A stretch of 64,000 nt of DNA from Adineta vaga (Eukaryota > Animalia > Rotifera). Under the pieces are notes generated by a model. The model was not told the DNA's origin. It did not search any database and saw only the letters and a program-made list of their open reading frames with translations. Position 1 is the stretch's first letter. Every line of letters begins with the position of its first letter. The stretch covers positions 4,898,001-4,962,000 of the forward strand of contig CP075493.1 of assembly GCA_021613535.1 (NCBI GenBank). Reading direction: 5' to 3'. This document shows, piece after piece, positions 50,994-64,000 of this stretch. A program made the translations under genes and the position numbers.

Positions 50994-51605
50994 TAATATT
51001 CACTCTATGTTTATGAATATATCATTTCCTCGTCTGTAGACGTCACATCGGTAGGCTACGCTACATTGCGTTAATATGTCATGAAATGGATGCAATATTT
51101 TCTTTCATAGGCAAATATTCAAATCAATACCGTACAGGTAACTTCTTTCCAACGGATAATAAAAATGACTCATTGATTCATATGGACGACTATTACGAAA
51201 ATTATATCAGTTCCTTTTCTGTTGACAACTGATTTTCTATATTTTTTCATGATGTAAATAATATGCATATATGTGAATGTTACACATATTTCATTTCGAG
51301 AGAGAAAAGAGTCTATCGAAACATGTGAGTTTGACGATTGAAATATTTTCTTCCATTATAGTTGTTTTGAAATTTATCTTGGGAGTTACCAAGTTGTTTT
51401 GATCCTTATTATGATTAATTAAAGTACTTATAATATTAGTCACTAGAATGAATCATAGAAAATAGGTCATATACGATTGCAAACATTTTAGCTTTGATGT
51501 TTACTTTTTCATTAGAAAAAACTTTCGTTCATGTAAGTTAAACTTAAAATTCTTTTTTTATGAAAACAAAAAACTCATTCTTCTAATACTAACAAAAAAT
51601 AGAAA

Positions 51606-53680
51606 CTAAGTAGAATCATGTTTTAATCTTGTTTGAATATTTATAATATTTGCATTGATTTGAATTAGATGTGCATGTTTCGTTTGTAGTAATCCTTGAT
51701 AGATATTTCTTGATTGTTCATAATGAAATAAGGATTGTATGAGCATATCTTGAGCTCGATAAATCAGAGCTAATCGTTCGAAAACACCGGCTATATATAT
51801 ATGTTGAGTTGAAATACATTTTTGATAAGTTTTTAAAGCTAAATTATAATTTTCAATTGCTTTATCATGATCTATTAATTGTTCATAAATATAAGCAATT
51901 TCATAATATAATTTGCCCAATTCTATCTCTTCAAAAGGAACCGTTTTTCGTGTCCAAAAGTGCAGAACTTTTTTATGATATTTAAGTGCAACGGTATATT
52001 TTCCATTTTTACGTTGTATTCGACCAATTTTATGATAACATTGAGCAAGATGAGTACGTTGATCTTGTCTAGCTGTTTTCCAAATATGACAAGCTTGTTT
52101 ATAAGATATTAATGCTTGTTTATTCTCATTTAATTTCTCATAAATTAAACCAAGAGAATAATAATTTGATGCTAAACGTATATCATTTGTTTTATAAAGA
52201 TGAATTTTAATTGCAAGTGATTGTTTTTGCCAATTTAAACTCGATTGAAAATCATTCTTTCTCAATGCTATTTCGCCAAGTTGTTCATAACAATCACATG
52301 TTTCTAATTGATTTTGCGGTGGCATTTGAAGATATCGTCGATAATAGATATCAGCTTCTTTGTAATATTTCATTTCAAATAAAATATTAGCAAATAAAAG
52401 AAGATTGATATGTTTTTGTTCATAGTGATTTTTTATACGAACAAATATGGCTTTTAGTTCAGATTCATCATGATGACATAAAGTCAGTTGAATAATTTGA
52501 ATATTATCTGAAGTTGTAAAAATATTTTGAATACGAAAGATACTATTCATGGAAAAGAGAACTTCATTTTCATCACCATATTCACTAAATTGACTTATAT
52601 TTGCAAATGGTTTCTTTGTATCAACGGCTGAATAGCATCGATTACGAATAAAACTTTTTCTAAATTCGTTTCTATGAATTCATCATCAATATCAATAAAA
52701 CGTAATGCTACGTCAAGATTCGCACTTGTCGATAGAAATGAATTAATAGAAATGATTTTTCCAATTGAATCTCTGTATAATTGTAATTCATCGGTAGACA
52801 TATATTGTCCACGGTAAACACGAATGGATGTTTTATATTGATGTCGAAATAATTGTTGATAAATATCAATTATCCAAAATCGAAAGAGATAAAGTAAATG
52901 AATGCTTTGTGTTCGAAATGCTTTATTTAATAATTTATAGGGAAATCCGTCACGTGTGTACCAGTATAAAGCTTTATTCGGCGAATAACCATCTTGAAAT
53001 TGATGTAATGTTCGTAATTCATCGGAATCATGACGATATTGATCTTGTAAAAATGAAAATAATTCGCTTCGATCAAGAGTATTTGATTCGAAATGAAGAA
53101 GAACATCGATTAATAAATGTGAATGAGTAAATGAACTTTTAAGAAGCGATGAAAGATCATTATTTCCTTCTGTAGTTTTTAATATATTAAATGCAATTGG
53201 TTCGCCTTTTTTTACTTGTGCATTATAATCTTTGACAACTTCATCAACAAGATCATCGTATTCAGTAAGAACTTTTTTTATCTACAAAATAAGCAATAGA
53301 ATAAGATTTGATCTATAAAATATATTTACTTTTGGATGTTCTTTTGCCCATAATTCATATAGTTCTCGATACACACAGAAGACATAAATAGAAGAAATTT
53401 GTGAATATAATTCAATTTTTGGTACTAGATTTTTTCCTAAACTTCCACTAACGATTAGAGTTGTTCGATCATATGGTGACATGTTTTGAAGATATTTTTC
53501 ACATTCATCCGATCTTTCAAATACTTTTATAAATTTAATATTTGCATGAAGTCTAGCAAGTGTTTCAGCATTGTCTTCTCCATTGACAGAAGGATCGAGC
53601 CATGTAACACTGAAGGTTTCAACATTACATTCATCTGTTTCCAGTAATGAAGTATTAATTAGAGAACAAATTGAATCCAT
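51606..53680 (-). CDS. Receiver-like domain + NAD:arginine ADP-ribosyltransferase (R-S-ExE) domain + TPR array; apparent 1-nt frameshift near 52632
   Basis: Exon 1 reads VTWLD...TLIVSGSLG...SIYVFC. Exon 2 reads ALYWYTRDGFPYKLLNKAFR...VYRGQYM...NSFLSTS. In the shifted frame it continues KPFANISQFSEYGDENEVLFSMNSIFRI, then about six TPR repeats. Confidence 0.85.
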
Positions 53681-54768
53681 CTGGTTCTCACAAAATAGTC
53701 AACTTCATCGTATTTTCTTTAATAGACTCGTATATTCACTAGCATTCACCTGCTCATTCACCCGTAACAGCTTGGAAAATACCAACTTGAATCAAACAAC
53801 GATTAACGAATAAACAACCAATGTCGTACAATTTTGTTGGTATATTCCCGAAACGTAATGAAATTACAGTAGTATATTTCAACATAGTTAATTACATCCT
53901 TAGAAATCACGATTATACTAATTTGAAGAATAGCATACATATATGTACATAGTATGCCATAGTTTAAGATTTCGCGTTTTCTTTCTGTATAAAATGTAGG
54001 TGACTATTGATGATTTTTATATAAATATTTCGTTCATCAATTGAACAAATGAATTGATTACAATAACAACATTTCATTTCTCTTCATACCATTATCGACA
54101 GTTATCAACTATTCGTTGAAGTATATACAGTTTTTTACTAACTACAGGGCACTATCGCATGCCTAAGGTTGTATATGCAGATGCATATGCACCCGTTGTG
54201 TCGTTTCTTTTGATCTTTTTATTCTTTGACTTGTTTATTTTTGCCTATTGTTGTTCATTAGCTATTGTACATGGTGCATCGATCAGTAGTATATATCCAT
54301 CAATATCCATACATAAACAAAGGACTAATGTGTGCGCTTAGAAAATAGCACATCTTTAACCATTTGTCCTTTACCCGGCAGACAAGAATGCGCGCACATA
54401 TATATATATAAATATGTATAAAGGAGTGGAACCTGTCGTTTTAATTATCAACAACTGATTGATAATTGTGTAAAAGATTTCTCTTTTTTTTCTTTCTCTC
54501 TTTTCGGAATCATAGTAATCGAATATTGGGCTTTTTTCGTATAAACAATCGAAAGCTTTAAGGCATTTTCAAACATCCGTTCATTCTTAACGCTTGATGT
54601 CTTTCGAACAAACAAATCTTCAAACATATGTAGCAAATATCTTATGGTTTCAACAGATATTATTGTTTAAAACAGAAAAAGAAGAAACACGCACGAATAC
54701 AAAAAAAGAGAGAGAAAAAGAGACGATTTGGAATGTATATGTTTTAAATAATATAAAGAAGACAATAT

Positions 54769-56464
54769 CTATCGAGTTTTGTCATTTAAATGTTCAAGAT
54801 CTTTCTTATTGTCCATGGAATTGGTCATAGGCTTGTCACATACTTTACTCATTTCAGTTAGATAATTCTGTAAAGCAGACATTGCTCCAATAATCGCTGG
54901 TGTACCAAAACCATGAGTAACATGAGAAAAATGTGTTAAATGTCGTTGACTTGAAACATCAAGAATAGGTGCTAAACGACTATTGGTTCCCAATGGTGAA
55001 CGATCTTGAGATAATAAATCAGTAAATTCTTTCACTAATTGTCTAAAATGAACAAACTTAGATTCTTCATTTAGTTTTTGTTAGTTTTACTTTGCAGCGA
55101 GAATATTTTGTTTACGTTTGCCTATTCCAGTTGGTTCTTGTAAAGGATGAGTATTATGATATTGACGAGTTTGATATTCTGCACATGAACGTGCTGGAAA
55201 CTCTTGATCACATACATAATGAAAATCACGTGCTAAATGTGCGGCTTCACCTTCAACAAGTGATGTTAATAAAGTAACTGTTGCTGCTTTGCGTCGACCA
55301 GCTGGTAAATTTACACCGATTTTTTCTAATTTTTCTCGTAAAATTCTTCCGCCGTTCTTTGATTTGGCACTGAAAAAAGATTTGTTTTGTTTTGTAATAA
55401 ATTTTTATGAAAAAAATGATGAATATGAATCTACCGTCGTAAAATACCACCAAGTAAAGAAGCATTGAGACATTCTGGTGGTGAAAGACGTCGTTGAACT
55501 TCAGCAACACTGACTTTATATTTAGAATTCGAACTCAATAAAGATAAACGTCCAGGAACACTACAAAAAACATCTGTTGGAGCAATTTGACCATTTCCAG
55601 CACCCATATTCAATTGAATACCTTCTTTTGTATCACCACGACGTAAATCTAACGAATAAATTCATTTAGAAATACTCTCTTTTATTCCATTTCTTACCTC
55701 GATGAAATGATGCTCGATAATGTTCAGATAATGCTGGTGGAACATTATCGTCCAAACCAGGAACCTAATCAAATCAAATGTAACTATACATATAATGATA
55801 AAGATAATAAAGAATAGAATTTACTCGAAAAGCTGCTGTACTAGCAGGATCACTAACTAGAAGACCACTTCGATAGAGTTGTAAGGATTCAGGATCGAGT
55901 ACCATTGCATGTCGACTATAATATGAAGCAGCATATTCTGCATAGGCACCATATGGATGAGTTAATGGTGTTGTTGTCTCATCAATATTTACACCTGATG
56001 GTCGAACTAATGAATTATAAGATTGAGATGTTTGATTATGTGTATATGGTGGTGATGATGAAGATGATGTATAATCAAGATTATGTGAATGATTCGATTG
56101 AATTTGATCAAACGGATGTTGATGTGATACACCTGGAAATGGTGGTGGAAAATAAGGAGGTTGGAAATCAACAGCACCTGAATTTGATGATGATGATGGA
56201 ATTGGTATTGATGATGTTTGACTAGTTGATCGATCCGAATTATTTGGTATATTCGAATTATTGATAAAATGATTTGATCGATCCTAGATTAACAAAACTT
56301 AAATCTTGTCTGATCTAATCTATATGTATTATGAATAAAAATCTTTATTCCTCTCTCACGCATTCGCATCTCTATATGTATTACATATAGAAGACGGCAA
56401 GTCAATTTACCTGCCAGGAATTTTCGGCAAGATGATGATGATGATGAAGGTGATGAAATGACAT
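54769..56464 (-). CDS. TFAP2: Transcription factor AP-2
   Basis: Exon 1 is [18 protein letters not shown]. Contains the PY motif [81 protein letters not shown] and [15 protein letters not shown]. Confidence 0.97.
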
Positions 56465-57625
56465 GAGACGAGCGCTTGCGGATGTATTCGTACAATGTTT
56501 AATGGTATGCACACACACACATGCACACAGACACGTAAACCGAGAAAATGTTGCTAGTAGGAAAAAATTGCTAATGGGCTTTCGACGTATGTATGGATGG
56601 AAACGTATGGCCGTACCAGTTCGGATGTTTCTCTATTCGTCGTTCTTGCTGATTCTGTTGCCTGCAAGATAGAAAAAAAGAAAGAAAGTCGGCTCTTTTT
56701 TCCTCTTTCTCTCTCTCTCTCTTTCATCGTCTTTTTGTCAATTATTCCTATTGGTTGATCTTAAAACTCGTAAAGGGATTGGTTATGTCAATAAAAATAT
56801 TAATCTTTATGTTGCCGAGAGAGATGAGGACGCAAGAAAAAAGAAATTCACATTGTTAAAAGATGAATGAAGTTTATTTTATATAAAAAAAAAAGAAAAG
56901 ATTTGTTTTACTTCTATATTTAATATGTAACTAGAAATCAATGTTAAACAGCTTGAGGTTGAATGATATCAAGATAGACTAGTTGATCGTATGGCTGATG
57001 ATGCTTTAGGTCTGCGAGAGATATTATCATTAACAATCTTCGAAATTAAAATATGTTACATCAAGAATAGAAAAATGCTCGATGTTTATGGACGAATGAG
57101 TTCTACTACTTAAACTAATAGGATGTTGATTCAAGTATTTAGCTTACTTGATCCGGCGGCAGTGCCTAGGTTTTCTTTTTCTTTGACATTGAAAGGCATT
57201 TGTTCGTTTCGTCTACTCATTTTCTACTTGATTTGTCAACATCGAAAAAAGAGAAAAAGCATTCTACTTTTATCGTTGAAAAATGGTTAAGTAAGCATAA
57301 AAGAAATTGAAAAATATTCTCACAATCAAAAACGAAGAATAGATCATCGTGCTCATGTTCTGTTTCTTTCTTCTCGATCTCATTATCATTATGACTGTTA
57401 GCTATAATTTTATTAACGGAACATGACATCCGTCTTGTTAACCATATCGAAGAAAGAATCAAAGGTTTAACGTCAAAAAGTAATATTGCTTCAGGCTTCA
57501 TCATTTAACCGGCTGGAATATTTCACATAGAAGAAGACGTAGTATATGCTTTGTATTTATCTAAGTGAAAGGCAAAGTGATGATCATGATAATGTTATTA
57601 CAATCATATGATTTTCTTGAACAAT

Positions 57626-58027
57626 TTATCGTGAAACAATTTCATTTGTATTAGAAATTTCATTACAATTATCCAATGGAATACTATCTAGTAATTTATC
57701 AAGTCTATACTTCTCATTTGTATTCATTTTTGCTTCTTTATACTTTTTTAAATATATACAATACAATTGTTCAGATGGCATCTTTGAATAGATTGTACTA
57801 AATTGATTCATTTTATCTTTCACTGCTTTACAGACAGTATTGAATATTGCCGAATGATTGGTTAATGTTTGAGTACTCAGATTATCGTAGATAACTTGTA
57901 ATTCAGCTAAGATTATACATTGTTCTGGTGTTAAAGCATCGCATAACATTGGAATGACTTGATATTTATCGACTTTTTTTTGTAAGATTTGAATTGTTTT
58001 TTGTTGAAAATCGGTTAATTTATCCAT
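57626..58027 (-). CDS. Hypothetical 133-aa helical protein (intronless ORF)
   Basis: ATG in an A-rich context and protein-like composition. No recognisable family. Confidence 0.5.
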   Translation of the reverse strand: MDKLTDFQQKTIQILQKKVDKYQVIPMLCDALTPEQCIILAELQVIYDNLSTQTLTNHSAIFNTVCKAVKDKMNQFSTIYSKMPSEQLYCIYLKKYKEAKMNTNEKYRLDKLLDSIPLDNCNEISNTNEIVSR

Positions 58028-58200
58028 TTAGAAATTCGTTGATACAGAGAAGAAAAATAAAATAAAATGATTATTTCATTTCATATGAACTTAGTTACCA
58101 AAATATATATGAAGGAAAACTTCATTCATATTTATTCCTGATCATGCAAAACAAGACATAGAAGATTTTATTGTTGTTGATAAATAATTGAAAATTATCC

Positions 58201-58811
58201 TTAATTTCCACAACCTACATTTTTTGCAAAATGATTTTCATAATTTCCGCGTGGAAAATAGTTAACTACGACAACTAAACCATGATTATTCGGTATTTCA
58301 CTAATACCTACACCGATCGTTTTCGTATTTTTCCAACAAACTTGTGTAAAATGTAAAGCTTGTTCAGGATTTGTAACAGTATAATTGGATCTTTCACTAT
58401 ACCAAGCAACAACTGGTGTTGTGCCTAAAATAAATTCTATCTATATATTACTTTTCAATTATCAATAATTCTACCATTATCTTTGATCAAATCAAATGGT
58501 ATTTTCAGATAACTGTTTTCACCATATTCAATTGAATTACTATGCAAAAGACGTCCAAGACCAGCAAGATTATTACTCCATTTTTGAGCAATTTGCTCTA
58601 AGGTTGTATTACGTTGTAATGGAAGTGCACATTGTTCTTTTCGAAAAACATTATGTTGATTTAGGACTTCCTGACGAAATTGTTCATCATTACGTGCTAA
58701 AGAATCTTTTACAAAAAAATATTTATCAATAAAACAAAATTAATTCAATCGAAATTGATTACTATGAGCATATATTGATAAACAAATGAAAACTAGAATG
58801 TACGATGGCAT
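58201..58811 (-). CDS. Secreted CAP/SCP (PR-1/GAPR-1-like) protein, 3 exons; absent from the ORF track
   Basis: Signal MPSYILVFICLSIYAH, then FRQEVLNQHNVFRKEQCALPL...LEQIAQKWS...HS..EYGEN, AWYSE, HFTQVCWKNTKTIGVG and VVVNYFPRGNY. Confidence 0.9.
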
Positions 58812-59189
58812 TGAAAATCGATGAATTGAATGATAGAACTAGTGAATAGATAGTCGTAACTTTCTGTTTTCGATTTGTGTAGATGAAATTGATTTCATTG
58901 TTAACTATTTCATGACAGATATTCTATTTCGTGTTAATTGAAATCAGATAAAAACGTATGTGCTATGTTGTTTTTTTTCTCGATATTTTATTCGAGAAAT
59001 GAAAAATGATTTCGATCATTTATATTCAAAAACAAGACCAATAATAAAATGATATGTAAATATTGCGAATTGAAAACTACCACAAAACAAATTTAAGGAA
59101 AAAAACAGATAGTATCTAAATGTAGATGCAACAAAAGGTTATATACATCATATATCTGGATAGAGAGGTAAATTTAAATGCAGTGAAAT

Positions 59190-62074
59190 CTAACTTGTAG
59201 CCATAACAATTTTTTTCGTTTGTTTATTTGGATCCAGATCGGTTGCAAGACGAATAGCAGCAAGAAGAGCCTAAATAAGAAGAAAATAAAGGATTGAAGT
59301 TTAAAATGATGGATTTTATTTACATCTTCAGGATCCATAGTTGGTGATGTTTCTCGCGGTGCTGGTGGTCGTGCAGGTGGTTCTGGCTAGAAGAGAAAAA
59401 GAAAGGAATGTTCTTATGAAATAATTAAGTGTATCATTTACCGGAAGATTAGCATAAGTAGCTGGAAGTGGTGGTGGTCGTTTTGGTTTGACCTCCTAGA
59501 AATGAATATAGATATTTGAGATGAAAGAAAACTCTACTGCATGATGGGAAAAGTGTTATAGTTCTTCTGTGACTTCTTTAGTGATTATTAAACAAAACAT
59601 TTTTCTTGGAAGTTACTTACAGGTGTTCTTGCTGGTTGCGGTGTTCGCGGTGGAGTTACCTTAGATAGCAAATCGATGGTGTCAAAATATACAATAGAAA
59701 ATCTCTTACTAGTTTTTTCTTCACATGTGCATATTCCGGTGTTTGTATCGTTTCTTCTTCTTCTTCGTCTTCGTCTTTCTAGAAATAAATTTATTATTAG
59801 AAACTCTACAAATCTTAATTATTCTATCAAAAACAGCAAATCCATGCATTCCGTGTTTTATTTTTACTAGCATTCATCGTTTACCTTATAAAACTAAGTC
59901 TAGAGAAAATCGATAGATTTCTTTTTATTTTTGAAAGAAAAACAGAGAGAAACTAATCGTAAATACCTCAGGAATTGTTATTTGATGTGTTTGAAAAAAT
60001 GGTTCGATACTTTGCGGACGTGCAAATGGTCGATTAGTTTCATCAGTTGCTAAAAATAAAACAACAAGTTGAACTATATGAACAAGTTAGTGAAGAAAGA
60101 AATGTCTTATAGATGAATATTTAACCATCATCTGAATTTGAATGAATCGAAAAAAAAGAGTTAATTAAACTTACAAATATTAAGACTTTTCGACATCCGT
60201 TTACTCAATGATCGTTCGAAATCAGGATTCGGGCGATCAAGTAATAATTGTCTTGTTTGATGATATGTATATGTTCCTGTATAACGAAATGTTGAATTGA
60301 ATCGTGGTAGCATAGGTGTTTGCGTAGTTCTTCTGGTCGACGAAGTCTTTGAAATAAAACGAAAAATCAATTCACTGTTACATTATTCTCATCTATTTTT
60401 CAATTAAAACTTGAATTTAGACCCAATCTTACCGAAAAAAAGCATGATGTTCAACAGCAATTTTCCATAGAGTTTTCGCTGCACGATAAGTTGGTAATTT
60501 GAAACCAATTGTACTTTCATATCGATCAAACTAAATGAATGATTTTTCGTTTTTGAATCGTTAATATCTTCAGAAAAACTTCAACATACATCACTTGGTC
60601 GAAGTTTAATAAAGAAATATTTTCGTTTATAAGATATTTTCAATATTTTTGGCCAAGCAAAACGATTTATCCGTAATTTATCACGATAAATCAATATCCC
60701 ATTCGCTGAAACACCAATATTAATATCAACATTTTCCGAATCCTAAAATAAATTCAATTCATCAGTGATATTTCGTTTCTATTTCTATCAAATGAAACAA
60801 AGCAACACACTTGTGCAGGATGAAGATCAACACCATACATTGCTAGTTTTTTTGCATTCTCAAGAAAATGTAAATCAGCAGCATTTGGTGGTTGACCCTT
60901 ATGTCGTATATGTTGTTCATGAATACGTTTTAGTAATTCATCATCTTGCACAGGTGCAAATTGAAGTTCTTTAAGATAATCATATGTTATTCCATGATCC
61001 ATTTCAATATAATCTCCCAATTCAGCTTGAGCTGTATATGAACCCAATAAAGCATAGGTTACAAATGAACATGGTAATCTAAATAGAAATCAAAATAATA
61101 ATATAGATTCATCGAAATTTTCACTTTACTCACTTTCCGGAAAGTATATCATGTCGTAGTTGAAGACATAATTGATACCTATTTTAAAAGAATATAGTAT
61201 GTTCCATCATAACTGTATTTTCTCATTTAGACTTCGATTGAATGAAGACCAATGATGATTAGCATAAGTAGATATTACCTTGTTATATCTTCTTGAAGTA
61301 GAATTGGTTCGGGTGGATAGAATTTAACTTGTAAATAGAAAATTGGTTGAACACCTAAAATAATCTTCAAAGTTTATTTCATTTTGTTTTTTCTTGATAA
61401 ATATTTTTACCTTTCAATTGACTTTTAACACGTTTATCATTATCAAGCCAACTCTAAATATCCAAATATGCATAATATATTCATGGTTTGAAACGTTCTA
61501 GAAACAAACTTTATTTTTTTCAATATCGATAAAAGTTAAACCAAAATAATCTTTTTCTTCTAAACGCATGTTATCACATACACGAGTGAATAACATTTTA
61601 CCTGTATCATCTTTCTATTAAAAAAAAGAAAAGTTTTCTAATGAAAAAGAATTAACCAAACACGAACGTTTAAATCAACATATTCTTCGGCATCATCTAA
61701 CATTATAATTCGTGCTTTGGATTTATTGACAGGTTGCATATTGATAATTCGTTTATTCGTAGAAATTATTTGATCATTTTTCGTCGATTTCTTACTCTAA
61801 AATTGAAAAGAATGAATTATTACATTTTTTTGTCACTTTGTCACAACAACTTTTCTTTTGCGTTCATGTTCTATAATAGGCTGTGGATTGTATTGATGAT
61901 GATCATCATCATATTGTATTGAACCACTTAATCGATCCGTATCGAAATGATTTGCATCTGTCATTGATCCAACTTGTAACTAAACAGAAGGAATTGATTA
62001 GACAAAAAGAGAACGCAAAAATCGATTCTTACATTTGGAATCCCTTGACTGATAGATTGAACAAATTCAGTCAT
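59190..62074 (-). CDS. Band 4.1 / coracle-like FERM protein (FERM, FA and C-terminal 4.1 motif); 5' boundary approximate
   Basis: Contains [94 protein letters not shown] and STFRYTG.T. Ends [26 protein letters not shown]. Confidence 0.92.
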
Positions 62075-62678
62075 GTTGATATCTCAATGAACTTTAGAGT
62101 GATCGATTCAATTGAATTAATCCATCGGTCAAAAAGAAGTTTACCAATCAATTTTCATTTCGAAATTTTCTTTCATTAAATAAACAACTATATTCAATTT
62201 GATTTTGAAGGAAAAATATCATTTGATTATAAGAATAGTTTGTCAGATGAACTTTGAGTACTGAATAGATGTCGCTAGTTACTACGTTATTTTCTGCTCG
62301 ATAAAATTTGCCTGATAGATAGAAAAGTGATTACTAAACTTCATAGAATATTTATAGAAAAACAAGAAATCGATTGAATATGCAATTAAATAATAATTCT
62401 TACGCTTGATTACAAATTCATCTCTGATAAGCTATAAAACATAATGACTACACCTGCGTATTAATCATTAAAACTTACGATTTCTCGCATCACAATCTTT
62501 GTCTTTTTCATTTTGAACATATGACAGAAGAAATAGCGTTCTTATTTTCTTCTCAACTATCTGTCTATCTTACATAGAAGTGTGTTGCTATAAAAGACAG
62601 AGTGATAGACAATTCCTAACTAAATATATTCTCATCGATATCTATACATTTAGATCCGAAAGCTCAACTTTTTACACA

Positions 62679-63053
62679 ATGTTTATCTATCTCCTTATCT
62701 CAGTATTGTTTCTACCATTATTTAATGCTGAACATCCTCAGATGAAATTAGACAACAATGATGATTTACTCATACATCGTTCAGGCGCTGCCAACTATTT
62801 ATGTAAGTCTTTTTATACTAGCAAATCTTTTCTTATTTTCTAATCATTTTCTATTGAAGTTGGTTTACCAATGAGACGATATCAAAATCATTTGGCAAAT
62901 CCAATGATGGATCGGTCATTATCTCTAATGTCATCCGATAATGATGATCAACAACAACAACAACAACAACGTGGTAAACGGATCTATTGGGAAAATCTTG
63001 CTTTTCAACCAGCTGATTATAATAAAGCCAAAAATCCTAAAAGATCGAAATAA
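62679..63053 (+). CDS. Small secreted protein with basic cleavage sites; candidate neuropeptide precursor (2 exons)
   Basis: Spliced product is MFIYLLISVLFLPLFNA-EHPQMKLDNNDDLLIHRSGAANYL|FGLPMRRYQNHLANPMMDRSLSLMSSDNDDQQQQQQQRGKRIYWENLAFQPADYNKAKNPKRSK*. TATAAAA lies near 62589. Confidence 0.6.
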
Positions 63054-63452
63054 ATTGACCGACCTTGTTTTTCTTTTCTTTTGATGTTATCAAGGCATTC
63101 AAAAGAATGATTGGAAAAATTATATCTTTTTTTTTCTTCAAATATATACATGAATATTTTAATAAAGACGTGAGTTCTGCATAACGAAAGATGACATCTT
63201 CTTCTTTTATTTTTTTATCATTCTCTAAGAAAGATTTTGAAGGATAAGATAGAAATATCTGTAATAAAACATTACATATGGTATAGCTATAAAAGAAAAA
63301 ATATTGACGTTTATTTATCTTAATTTAAAATGTAGTTCTGAGTTCTTCACTTATTTATTCTCATAAAACCGGCTCTATTGCAATAATAAAACGATATTAT
63401 ATATACACACACGCGCGCAAAGAAAAGAAAAATAAGATGAAGCACCATGTAA

Positions 63453-63915
63453 TTAACTAGCTGATGTTGTTGACGATTGTGAAGATGATATTGCCGGGAA
63501 AAGGGAAGGTGTAGATTGACGAAGACGATGATTTGGTGAAATAAATGAACTCGGAGAAAGACCAATAGATGATGATAATGGAGACATAAGACATTCATCT
63601 TCACTTTCTTCATAATCGATACGATGATTATCTGTTGATGTCGATTGTTTACGATGGATCGTCTGCAACAAACGAAGACGCATCACCTAGAAAAAGAACA
63701 AAAGCAAATAAGTTCATATTTTGTTAGAAAATTATGCATGTTAATATCGATTAGGTTGATGTCGATCAGCATGAGAGCAAATCTCACTCGTATCAGCTAA
63801 AATCAGATCATTTTCATCAATAATATCACTCTTTGCCCATGATATAGTTGCTGATAATAGAGTCGGGCGTCTCAAAGGTAATGAAGTACTACGTGTAAGA
63901 CATGCACGTCTTACC
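63453..63915 (-). CDS. 3' exons of an unidentified Ser-rich protein continuing beyond the window
   Basis: Acceptor-flanked open segments VRRACLTRSTSLPLRRPTLLS... and VMRLRLLQTIHRKQSTS...SSTTSAS*. Confidence 0.5.
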
Positions 63916-64000
63916 TAGGAATAAAAAATCGATATAAAATAGCAGCAATTGGAAGAAATAACAAGAGCTTAAAATTTAGTCAAAGGAAATACTTGTTGAT

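Noticed and set aside
56990-57035. CTGATGA followed by a weak stem, a possible third hammerhead
   Set aside because: No GAAA core (it reads GAGA) and no convincing stem I or II.

Overview
Eukaryotic, very AT-rich DNA with dense genes broken by many short (about 50-60 nt) GT-AG introns. The intron size, the ART-TPR, CGC-trypsin and LamG gene families and the telomere-like TGTGGG/TGAGGG motifs point to a bdelloid rotifer (inference). Conserved genes: GDPD1/3, HADHA, NEMF, AHCY, SoxB2, AP-2, a band-4.1/coracle FERM gene, a CAP-Gly+MTUS-like gene, two trypsins, two claudin-like genes, a Cys-rich EB/EGF surface protein and a CAP/SCP gene. Four things stand out. (1) A 1.39 kb direct duplication is split by a 1.76 kb element with telomere-like hairpin ends, and its two copies differ almost only at synonymous sites, even in an orphan gene fragment. 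This looks like element-mediated joining of two homologous haplotypes. (2) The duplicated gene is an intron-containing, signal-less protein with the Spy/CpxP (LTxxQ) architecture, a candidate horizontally acquired cytosolic chaperone. (3) A perfect 92-bp inverted repeat carries two minimal Penelope-type hammerhead ribozymes just downstream of a gene's stop codon. (4) An ADP-ribosyltransferase-TPR gene has a frameshift in front of its catalytic ExE motif. All gene models were spliced by hand, so boundaries are approximate where stated, and no database searches were run.
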